Shown: piece by piece, positions 13,511 to 23,648 of the stretch
Layout: every line of letters starts with the position of its first letter
Numbering within the stretch: position 1 is the stretch's first letter
NCBI GenBank assembly: GCA_036172245.1
Contig: JAYWIR010000082.1
Coordinates: 186,001 to 250,000, forward strand
From: Raillietiella orientalis
Lineage: Eukaryota
Length of the DNA stretch: 64,000 bases
Direction of reading: 5' to 3'
Position numbers and translations under genes: made by a program
The notes under the pieces: model-generated
What the model was told of the DNA's origin: nothing
Database searches by the model: none
Seen by the model: the letters and a program-made list of their open reading frames with translations, nothing else

Positions 13511-15203
13511 CGCAGTCCCAAAACCTTCCTTAGTCGTTCTCCTTAATGAGCCCTCTCGCAGCCTGCATGGCAGACATGGAAGGCACTCCAATGGAAAGTT
13601 TTCTCAGGGCATTTCTTCCCTATTGGGAACTCGGAAATAGAGAGATCTCTGGTGCTTCCTTTCTTATAGAGAGCTTTCACCCTCCCAAAAGAGGTCTTTC
13701 GTCTCTCGGTCTCCCTGCATCCTTTAGTGGCTATGACTTTTAAGAAGCAGAGCCTAAATCTCATCCCAGTATCGAATTTTCTGAAAGTTTTTCTCTCTCC
13801 AAACACTCTGGTCGGCGGCTCGATGCCATCCTCTTTCTTTTCCGTGGTCTCCCGTGCCGTTGCAAAGGTTGAGACCTAAAGTCCCTCATTTTTCATTCTT
13901 CTTGAACTACCTTTACTTGGAAGGAGGGTATTTTCATCCAACTCTGAGATCGCGAAACTCTTCTGCAGTCTCCTCACCAGCCCCTGGCAGTTTACGATGT
14001 CACGTTCCGAGAGCTCAAGTTTTCCCGAGACTCCCGTTCCATTCCAGCCATCGACTGCCGAGTAGGTCACCAGGTTCCAGTGTTGCCAGGCGCTTCTGGC
14101 TTTCATCTCGTCACACTTGAGGACTTCGAAGGCTGCCTGACGAGGAACTGCCCCTTTTCTTTTCTCCTCCCTTCATTTTCTCCAGCATTCCCCGGATACA
14201 GCAGAGAGCAGCTACATTGCGTTTGTTGCGTGGGACTAAAAGCACTCCCTGACCTCGTATGCTGTGTGATGACCCCATAGTCATGAGATCCTGAGGGACG
14301 GTACTCGAAGAAGAAGAAGAAGGCGCTCAAGGCCGCACTGAAAAGAATTCGAGGACACCCAGCATCTCAAGTAGGAGAGGGCTCTTCTTCCTCTCCGATC
14401 AAATTGGAGGTGTACGGAGAGGAACGCGAGCTGGGAAGCAGGAGAAATGGAAGGGGACGGACTGACCTTCCAGAACTTGTCCACCAAATTCCTGCTTGCT
14501 GCACATACGGAAAGAGGCAGTCTTCTCACCTTTTTGCCATCCTTTCCTAGCGTTGCCATCGTAACTGCTCAGCTAGTTTCTGAGACGCATCCTGAGCAAC
14601 CCACTCTCCACCCTTATCCTCGCGAAGGATCCCGACAAGACCCTACGAGTAAGAATGGTGAGTGTAGGATGTCCAGACTTCTTTGAGAAATTCCTCCTCT
14701 GAAGAGCACAGCACAGTTCATCACCTCTTATTCCTCGGTGGCGCTCATGAGGAATGGTACCTTCCTGAAGATTGGAACTGAAACTACCTATCTCCTCTTG
14801 AGGTCCCGTGGATACGAACCTCGACCACAGGGTTTCCCTAATACACGAGTCCCCGTCTTTTCGGAAACCAATCCAGGTGAATCTGGAGGAGGAGAGGAAA
14901 CCCAGAAATAGGCAGGTGGCGGCGTAAACAGTCTGGAGGATTTCTTTCGTCCGGAGAAAAGGGGACTCGCCGCTCCATTTCCTAGGCCCATGAGATGCAC
15001 CTTAGAGCAGACGAGACTACCTGCTCCAATGTTCTCCAGAGTTCTCCAGATTCCCTAAAGCAGGGATCTGAGCCTCCCTCCAGATCTTCAGCACTTAAGC
15101 TGGAATCTATCGAGGATGCCATTTTCCTTTCAAAGGAGCTCCTCGGAGAAGATCAGTGGCGGAATCTGTGTTCCTGAAGATGGACAAGGAAGGAAGGAGC
15201 TCA

Positions 15204-15209
15204 TTTATT
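15204..15209 (-). terminator. Candidate polyadenylation signal of the TMEM272-like gene
   Basis: This is the first AATAAA (tttatt on +) I found downstream of the stop at 17019. It would imply a 3' UTR of about 1.8 kb. Motif only. Confidence 0.25.
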
Positions 15210-17018
15210 GACATCAGAGGTTCCCTTCCCCTGCATCCTGTCTAAGTGAATGTTCCAGGATTGTTCTTCCCTTCTTTCCCTTTCTCATCTTCCTTCTCGA
15301 CTGTTGCCTTTCTGAAGGAGGAAACTTCGGAGCGTCCTCCGGAGAGACGTTGCGGTCCAGCTGCCCCTGATTGCCAGAACTGACTCTTCGTGGAGTTCCC
15401 ATCTTTGACCAGACTACTTCCCTTCTCGTAAAGAGCCCTGGAAAATAGGAGCGCCTTCGAGATTCTACCCAGAAAAATTTCTGATCGCCGGATGAGGTGG
15501 CTTGGACAACGTCTTTGGACGAGGAGGTTCCTTCAAGTTCCGAGAACCCCCTACGAGTGAGCACTAGCCCCTCTGGATCCTGTGGTGACTACTCAACGAG
15601 TCTCCAAGAGGACTTCGACAGATTGGCGGCCAGCAGAGCCATCTGTTCATCCCATTCCATCTCCCGTCTGTAGCCGAATGATCGGAGATATAATGTGACC
15701 TACGGCGACTACCTTCATCTGCTGCGTTTCCGTCCTGTTCATCCATCGTCCTTCTTCGTCCTTCCCCTCGATCAGTGTAGGCAGCAGCGTCAACCCAACG
15801 GGACTTGGCAGAGGACCATCGGATCCCAGTTGTGTGGGAACCCCGACTCTCACTGTTGGATCGCCAGGAAGCATGGCCGAACCGTGGCCTCCCGGGAGAC
15901 CTGAAACCTCGCAGCCTGGTAGCTGATGCGGATGGACCCGTGGGAAGAAGTGCAAGAGGGACCCATCTTGTTACTTTAGCCCACTTTCATCCTGGAGGAA
16001 CTCCGTATGGCGGCTTTTCGAGATGGTACAGAGATTAAGGGAGAAGTCACTAGCCGAGGGAAGCACCAGGAAATCTTGCGCGTCCCTGAAGGAGGCCAGA
16101 GGGGAAGGGAGAGGACTTTGGATTGGCTATCCCTGGAGCTCCCCCTTGGAGAGAAAAGTTCCTGCTGTCTCCTGTTACGGAGCAAATCTTCCACAGTACC
16201 CTCCTGTTTTGCCTTGCCGATGCTTTATGGTTCCCAGGTGCCTTGCTAGATGTCCGATCGGAGGTCCCTTGTTCCCTGGGAAGGGTTTGGGAAAGCTGCT
16301 CCCTTTAGTTCGTAGCCCCTGGAAAACGCCGTCACAGGGAAGCCAATCGCCTCTCTACTGTATCTTTCTCCCCGTTCCATACACCAGATGGATAGATGGC
16401 AGCAGAGTACTTGCTCCTGCTCCCTTCCCCTCCCCCTGTTTCCCGAGTAGACGTCCCTTGGGCTGTGAGCTAGCTGGTCCCACTCAGCCCGAGAAGGTTC
16501 TTCCTCTGAAGGGAAGACCCTCGTCGGCAAGCTGCCATTTCTGCACCCGGCGTCCTCTTTTTGGAAGGAGCTGCTTGTTCGTGTCTCGGACCTCTGAACA
16601 GGGAAGTCAGTCTACCCCTCGACCAGAGGACGGATGCGTCGCCGGAAATTGCATGGGCACTACGCCGCCCGAGTCCCAGAGGAGGACAGCAGCAAAAGGA
16701 AGGAAGGTGAGGGAGAGGTGGATCGAAAGGGATAGAGAGACACAATGGGGGAGCACCAAGAGACAACCTTTGAGTATCCGCAAGTTTGTATTGTCGCATC
16801 GCCACCGCTCCTGGCAGCTCTCTCCAGTCTGCTGCGCAGTCGCGTCCCTTCTGCGGTGCGCTGCCGGACGCGCTGCCCCTTTCCTCGATGTTTCGGAAGC
16901 AGAAGCCCAGCTTCGCCAGTTTCCCTGGGAGGATCGCTTTCGTTCTCCTTCTCTTCCTCCTCCTCTTCTTCCTTCGAGAATTCTTCGGCGAGCTCTCCTC
17001 ACCCACACTGCCTCTTCC

Positions 17019-17464
17019 TCACTTCAGCTGGGTGAACCAGCTCTTAAAGCAGACGGTGGAGCAGAAGAAGCTGAGGATTACCAGAAGGAAGACGAGGGCG
17101 ATGGTGTAAGTGACCACGATCTGATAGAAGGCAGTGCGGTACAGCACCTTCGAGCACCAGATGTTCGGCTCGTAAAGCGATGGTTCGAACTGCGGCTCCC
17201 ATACGGAAAACACCCAGATGTTTCCGCAGAGGAACCAGGAGAACAGGAACATCGTCAAAAGGGTCTCCGTGACCTTGTAGCTGGTGGAGTTGATGAGGTC
17301 CTCGACGCCGCTGTCCGGAAAGGGGTCCGTCAGCGCCTCGTAGCGGCGGGAGCGGATCTGCTTCCAGATCAGCCACAGCATCTTGATCACGCCGAAGCAG
17401 CCTCCGATGATGAGGTACAGAGGTATGTTCGGCTCCACGGGGCAGTCGTTGGAGTAGTGGATCC
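17019..17464 (-). CDS. TMEM272: TMEM272-like membrane protein, last/main coding exon
   Basis: Translates as GIHYSNDCPVEPNIPLYLIIGGCFGVIK...LLTMFLFSWFLCGNIWVFSVWEPQF...WCSKVLYRTAF...TQLK*. It carries the TMEM272-family motifs CP.xP.IPLYL..GG, LF.F.WF..GN.WVFS and C...LY..A. The acceptor is ttctag|GG at 17465/17464 (phase 1), third codon positions are strongly G/C, and the TGA stop is at 17021-17019. Family assignment is from recognised motifs, not a database search. Confidence 0.92.
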
Positions 17465-17487
17465 CTAGAAGCATGTTCCATGCATCA

Positions 17488-17553
17488 TCTCTCTCTCTCT
17501 CCTTTTTCTCTTCCATCCCTCCCCTTCCCTCCCTCTCTCTCTCTCTCTCTCTC
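17488..17553. repeat. (CT)n/(GA)n microsatellite and pyrimidine/purine tract
   Basis: Two (CT)n runs separated by cctttttctcttccatccctccccttccctcc, read directly. Confidence 0.95.
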
Positions 17554-18214
17554 TTCCGCGCGCGCCCCTCCGGCCTTCGTTCTGGGAACCCTCTCTTCCT
17601 GTTCGCCCTTGGCAAAAAGAAGGATCCCTGATAACCTCCCGTACTAAGAGAAGGTTGCATGTGCTGTCAGCCCAAAGAAAGCTTTTCGTGCTCCTGTTCG
17701 GCCCACACAGCATAGGTGCAGAGCAACTGGTCACAGCTGAGGGAAGCCGCAGCGCCGAGAGTCCGCTTTTATGGCGTCGACGTCTTTCGTCGAAGGATCG
17801 CTAATAGTGGTGGAATTGCGCGGAAACTTGAGAAGGAGAATAGGGGAATTGAGGAAGGGATCTGGCTACTGAAATCCTTGTTCTCTTTCCAAGGCAGCAA
17901 AGGCCTCCTTCATTCCCAGTTTAATTTTTCGCGGACCATCGTGTTCAATACGCATTCGCAAGGTGCCTCCCAGGGAGCCCGTTCCAAGATAGCTTCATTC
18001 GAACCTTCCAGATTCAACCGGAGACAAGGAGTACGGAGCTTAGGGTGGTTCCTTTTCCGGCATCGGAAGCTGCTTTCTATTCACTCTGAGACTGGGTCGC
18101 TCCGAGGTTACAGGTCTTGCAGCAAGCAAATGATGAAGAATTCAAGCAGACCACTCTGAAACAAGAGAAGTCCACCGAGGAGTTCGGGACAAATCTGTTC
18201 CAGAGCTGCCACCA

Positions 18215-18246
18215 ATCTGCAAATACCTATCTGCAAATACCTATCT
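18215..18246. repeat. 14-bp tandem duplication
   Basis: atctgcaaatacct twice, plus atct. Confidence 0.9.
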
Positions 18247-21200
18247 CCCCTTTTACGTTAATCCCCATTCCCCTCCATCTATTTTTTGTGTCTGTATCTG
18301 CAGATAGGCAGACACAGAGAGAAATTCTCATTGGGTATTCGGCGTCCTTCAGGATGGCTTCCACGTTAATGATGGCAGAAATAGAATGCTTCCTATTCAT
18401 CATCTCAGATAGTTAGAATGTTTATTCTCATCGCTCAGTCAGCTACACAGAATTGGATATGTGAGAGCAAACTGCAACTCCACCGTATCTTTTTCTTTCG
18501 TAGTTCTTATTCTACTTCGTCATGTTCCCCTGCTGCCATCCGCTACAACCTGTTCAAGTAATCGGCGTGACGACTGCCGCGTGGTAATCGAATCTATCGA
18601 AGTGCAGTCATCTGTTTGTTGAGCATTGATGCGAGGGACAACTTTTTGCTTTTTGGAGACATCATCCCAGATTGCTGTTATTGCTGTTATCTATTATCTC
18701 TTCCCTTCATTCTCAGAGCCTAGATTCCGGAAGAAGTGTCGTGGTGCACTCTAGTGTCACAGCTTCCTGAGCACCACATGTAAGTCTCAAAGCTCCAGGA
18801 CAGAAACTTCTACATCTTTCCACTCGTGGAAAAGAAAGTTGGACTTTGGGAATAAGATTTGGGAATTTTGCTAAATGCTGATCCATTGACCGAAGAAGCA
18901 GTGTTGCTCTTAATGGTTAGAAACTATGTCACAGCCTCACTAACTCTCTAGATATGGTAAGGTAGACAGCGATAACCCAAAGACAATATAGTTTTCCTGT
19001 TTTTCTCAAATCGTAATTTTATCCTGAAAATATCTTAGTTTAGTCCCATTTCTCTCAACAGGAAGACATGGAAGTCTTCAACCTACCGAAAATGTTAGGG
19101 TTCCTTTGACTTTCCCCATGTCCAAATGCTTTTAGAGCTGGTGAATTTCTTTTGGATCAGTTTTCTAGCTTTCTTTCTTCGAGTTTTACAGCCTGCTCGG
19201 AAAAAAAGCATGGATGTGGATTGAAACACTGATGTAAGAGATCTCTGCTGCGTTCGACTAAGCAGACAGCACACTCTTCTCTCTAAATTCCACTACTTCG
19301 TTAGTCATTGCACAACAGGGGTCTCCAAGACCTCCATCGAAGCATCCACTGATACAATTCGAAGATCCAAACCAGCTGTGTGCTCCTGCGTTTTCGATGT
19401 TGGGAAATCTGTTAGCAAACGGGTATCTTTTCTGGTTGGTAGATGTCTTTCGAGGATACGGTTTATCGGAATAATTCCTCAACGACCCGCTACCGGAGCA
19501 TGGTTCATTTCTTCCCGACTTCTCGAAAACTAGATGCTGTTGCCAAGCACCTCCAGTGGTTCGCTTGTGTTTTCCCACACAACACGGGATAAAGCAGATC
19601 GTGCAAAATCTCACTTTTGATGAAGCCAGATTTCTTCCCCTGCTGTTCCGAGCACCTCAATGTACCACTCCATAGATGACACCTTTAGCCTTGATGTTAT
19701 GCTTGATCACACAGCCCAGATGAGAAAAACGATGCTGAATCTCAGGGATCCGTGGATTTGCAGATATATTTAGAGTATAAATTGGCTAGCTATGAGCAGG
19801 GCAGCTCAAAGGGACCACACCCAGCGATTCGGACAGCTGCTATCAGGAGTTGCTGCCTACTTGAGAAGGAACGTTTCACAGGAAGATTAAGAAATTTCGT
19901 GGAGAAAGAAGAAGTGGAAATAGTGCCATCGCATCAAAAAAACAAGGTGGTGTTAATTTCAAATCAACATATCCTTTCTATGCTAAGCCAATCCAAAACG
20001 TTTTGCCTCTGTATCCAGGACACAGGATATTTGGTAGTGCTATAACCGAGTGAGGATCAGGAAGATCGTGTTCCAAGAAGGCGAATTGTGATCAGAGTAA
20101 AATTTGTGGGAGTATCGAAAAAAACTGCCCCGGTAGTTTCCAAAAAAAAAAAAGATTTTTGCCCGCTGAATCTCAAGCAAATCAGAATTCAGACCGTTTA
20201 GAAGATTAAATATTGACGAAAAACACTCGTTTATAAATCTTTGCGTTTGTTTTATCAACTGATGATTATTCTATTTTGTATTTACGTATTTAATCATTCT
20301 TTCTTATTTATTCCTCTGGATTTATTCTATTCTTTACTTAATGTGATTTGACCTGATCCGATTTCTTTGCTTTTTCCTTGATTTCAACTTAATCAATCAC
20401 TTTTTATTAGGAATCTTACTCACATTCTATGTTGTAGTATTGTACTATTGGTATTGAGCTGAGGTATTTTTTGTAAGGACTAATGGCAGATTGTACAATG
20501 AATGTGAGGGCGCATGAATTTGCAGTTTCGGATGAGTTATTGAGACAAATGCACCAAACTGAAACCGAACCGAAGCAATTCTCAAGTGGAGTCCCTGAAG
20601 AAAATATCGCAAGTATGAATATCCACTTCACGGAGAAAAGTGGCACAAAGAGTCACTACTCCACTCGGATCACTCTTGGAAGAGAAATGTGTCTCTACAA
20701 AAGGCAGGCAGCTCGTACTCAGCAAAATGAAAGCACACGTGACTGAATGGACAGGAATCATAATTTGAAGTCAGTCAGTCATCTACAGTTGTATTCGAAT
20801 TGCTGATTGAATCTTTCGAATTGAAAGTACGAAGAGCAAAGCAAAGCAAGAGAAATAGACGATTTTGGATTTGATTTTTTTGTTTGGAATGCCTTTCGAG
20901 AGGAAAAGACTCCCAATAGCTGAAGCGGGGACCCATTGCAAGATGAAAATTCGCAGCCATGGATGGGGAGAACCCGAGTTCGTGAGTATTTATCAAAGCC
21001 TGCCTATGTAGATGTTTATCAAAATATCGAAGCTCAAATGGGTATATGTAATTGGTATTATAGACGAATAAATATGGTATTGCAAAATTTAGGTTTCGAG
21101 CCCAATCTTATCCTGATGTGGGACAGATTTTCCTACCAGTTACCATTGTGTGCAACCAATGTGTTTCCATGTCAAACTGGAAAGTTTTCCTCCCATTACT

Positions 21201-22332
21201 AAAACCAAATGAAGAATCGTGCACAGCATTCAAAGTCCTCAATGTCATTTTATGGGGGAAGCTTAAGACTACCCATTTTCGTCTGCTGCACTGTTGTTCT
21301 TATCTCCAAATAATATCTTTAAGGATGAACAAGGGAAACTGGAAGGAACTACTCCTGGATGCAATCCTCAAGTTCACTGCTTTCTATTGAGTTCGGAATG
21401 CTTACAGATTCTAAGTAATCATGCAACATTTTCATTCGAAGAAACTATAGAGTTGCTCCTTTGATTTTCCTGGTCAAAGAAAAGGGAACCTGATTCCGTT
21501 CTCAATACGGTGTGTACTGTCAAGCGCTTTCCATCCTTTGCCCATCTCTATAGCCTTATTTCCCCGAAAGGTCTCAGAAAGACATGCGTCACGAGATGTG
21601 TTGAAAACATCCGCCTAAGGCGACATTCGTTGTTACTGGAAGTAATCTTCAAGTTAGGGGAGTGCATTGCAGCTCTCTTCCTCCATCGCACTTTTGTTTT
21701 GTTCGAAAATAAATCCCAGTCATCGAATAAAGAATTTAAAGTGAAACTATTTGCTGACTATTGTCCCTACATTTTACAGGGGTTTGCCTCGTATTTTTTA
21801 CTTTTATCCAAGAAATCCAAAGGTCTTTGTTCCAACCTGAAGCTGCGCATTATAAGCATGCATAATTAGGATTATGAATCATCATTATTCTCCTTCCCTC
21901 TCTCATTCCATTTACGATAATTCTTATACATTCGTATACATGTATTGATCCTCACTACATTACAGAATGCAATGATGAAGCGCATCTTTTTAGGATACTT
22001 TCTCTAATTTCCCCTGCTAAAGTGTAACTATAAATGTTTTGTAAGCGTCTAGAATGATGATTACACACCAATTGAATCACTGTATCCATTTATCGTTTAT
22101 TTAATTTCAATCCACGTTTGTACACATAAACGTCAATGCAATGAAATTCAAGCTTGCTTTCGACCCGGTGTCCCCCCAGCCCGGTAAGAACTGTCCCGTA
22201 AAGTGCGCGGAGCAAACCGGATCGGTCTTTCTAATCACATCCTGTTGTGTACCAACGATATTGTGATCTGCGCAGATCCAACTGGAAACCGATAAAAGAG
22301 TAGCGCCGGAAAGGGACTAAAATCTCACTTAC

Positions 22333-22392
22333 CGATCACCATCATGATGAAGGGAATCGAGGTGCTTAGGCAGAGTATTGCTGTCACCAAAA
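22333..22392 (-). CDS. TMEM272: TMEM272-like, internal 60-nt exon encoding the first TM helix
   Basis: gatttcag|TT TTG GTG ACA GCA ATA CTC TGC CTA AGC ACC TCG ATT CCC TTC ATC ATG ATG GTG ATC G|gtaagt gives (x)LVTAILCLSTSIPFIMMVI-G. Both splice sites are consensus, and the phase-1 end joins 17464 to give ...IPFIMMVIGIHYSNDCP, the expected TMEM272 TM1. Confidence 0.88.
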
Positions 22393-23455
22393 CTGAAATC
22401 AGATTCCCGATTTACGACATGTACGTGACAGGAGAGCGATGGTTAATTCCGAAAAAAATCCACGCTAGAGAGTAACGGTGATGAGCAGAACGTCCCGAGG
22501 ATAAAGCACTGTCTCGAATCTTAATTAATTTCGTTCCTGGGGAAGAGAAACCATGTGCTTTCATCGTGCTGTTTCTTGCTCATCGGACTCAGACGCGTGC
22601 CTTGGGCACACAGCGCCTCGACAACGAGATTTCAACGAGCAAACATTCCGACGGTCGGCATCGTTAGAAAAAGATTGTCCTGGGTCTTCTGCTCCTCCTT
22701 TTTCATATTCCTTTCCTGGAATGCTTGGAAAAGCCAATCGTGTTCCTACTCTCCGCATGCCTTTGGTGCTTTACGTAAGAAGCAGGTAAAGGATGAACGT
22801 ATGAAACTCAATGAAACGAGTCCTCTTCCATTCCCTCAGAGTGGAGAATCTCCTAAGCGAACTGGGATAGCTGGCTCGAATCCCTTTGATGAATAGCCAG
22901 CATTAAATACAGTATCCTGGACAGAGACATGTGGGTAATGTGGCTTTCACCTCGCGTTAGCTTATCCTAATCCAAAATCCAGTGTTTCCTTTTACTAGAG
23001 GGGGAAGAGAGGGAATTTTTTTTTTTTTCGCTGCGTAAAAAGAGAAAAAGGCGGAGGAAGAAGAAAATCGATCCAGATATCCTTCATTACTTCGTTTTCT
23101 GTCTATAAGCAAACGTTTGCATGCCACATCGATGGTCTCTCGGTAGAGTTTCGTTTAATTACTGGACTGGGTCCCTATTTACCTTGCCCCTCCTGTACGT
23201 AATCGCATCAGAATGAACTCCCAGTCCTTCTGTATTATTTGGTCTTTGCCTTGATGTAAAGGAAGGTTTCTTCCTCAATCCCTTAGGGACGAAGTCTTCC
23301 TTCCTAAAGGAAATACGTTAAATTCTGGTTGCGTACAGGGCGAAAGGGCAAGAGTCATATTTAGGCACAAACATCTGCATAAGCATCGGTCGTTGCATTC
23401 AAGAAAAACCGACATCAGCTGGAAGCCTTGGTGGAACCTCTTCCGGTAGGCTAAC

Positions 23456-23648
23456 CTGGCCTTCCGGGTTCTGCCGGCATAACTTTCCTAGAAGACATCT
23501 TGATACCCAGCACAGTCCACCAGACCAGGAGCCAGGAACGAAGCCGGCGTGTACTTGACTTTGGTCTTGCTTCGAATGCCTCTGGCCGCAGTGCGTCCAA
23601 AGCAGCGCAGAACCTGAGGATCCCATCAATGGGGACTTCGCAGAAACT
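23456..23648 (-). CDS. Probable upstream exon of the TMEM272-like gene (possible start MSSRKVMPAEPGRP at 23498)
   Basis: Acceptor ttttcag|AG at 23649/23648 and donor CCAG|gttagc at 23456/23455. The frame is open throughout and ends in phase 1, compatible with exon 22333-22392. Starting at ATG 23498 gives a protein of about 183 aa, a typical TMEM272 size. The peptide itself has no recognisable homology. Confidence 0.45.

Noticed and set aside
16023..17468. Longest ORF in the window (481 aa, + strand)
   Set aside because: It is an antisense shadow of the GC3-rich TMEM272-like exon plus GC-rich downstream sequence, with no recognisable domain.
17044..17481. 145-aa alternative-frame ORF on the minus strand
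   Set aside because: Out-of-frame overlap produced by codon bias in the real exon.
17465..17660. N-terminal part of the 213-aa ORF (…RKREREREREGRGG…)
   Set aside because: This is translation of an intronic (GA)n microsatellite. The true upstream sequence is spliced in from 22333-22392.
22870..22901. B-box-like GGCTCGAATCCC inside a 7-bp stem (gctggct…agccagc)
   Set aside because: No A box or SINE body nearby, and too short to call.
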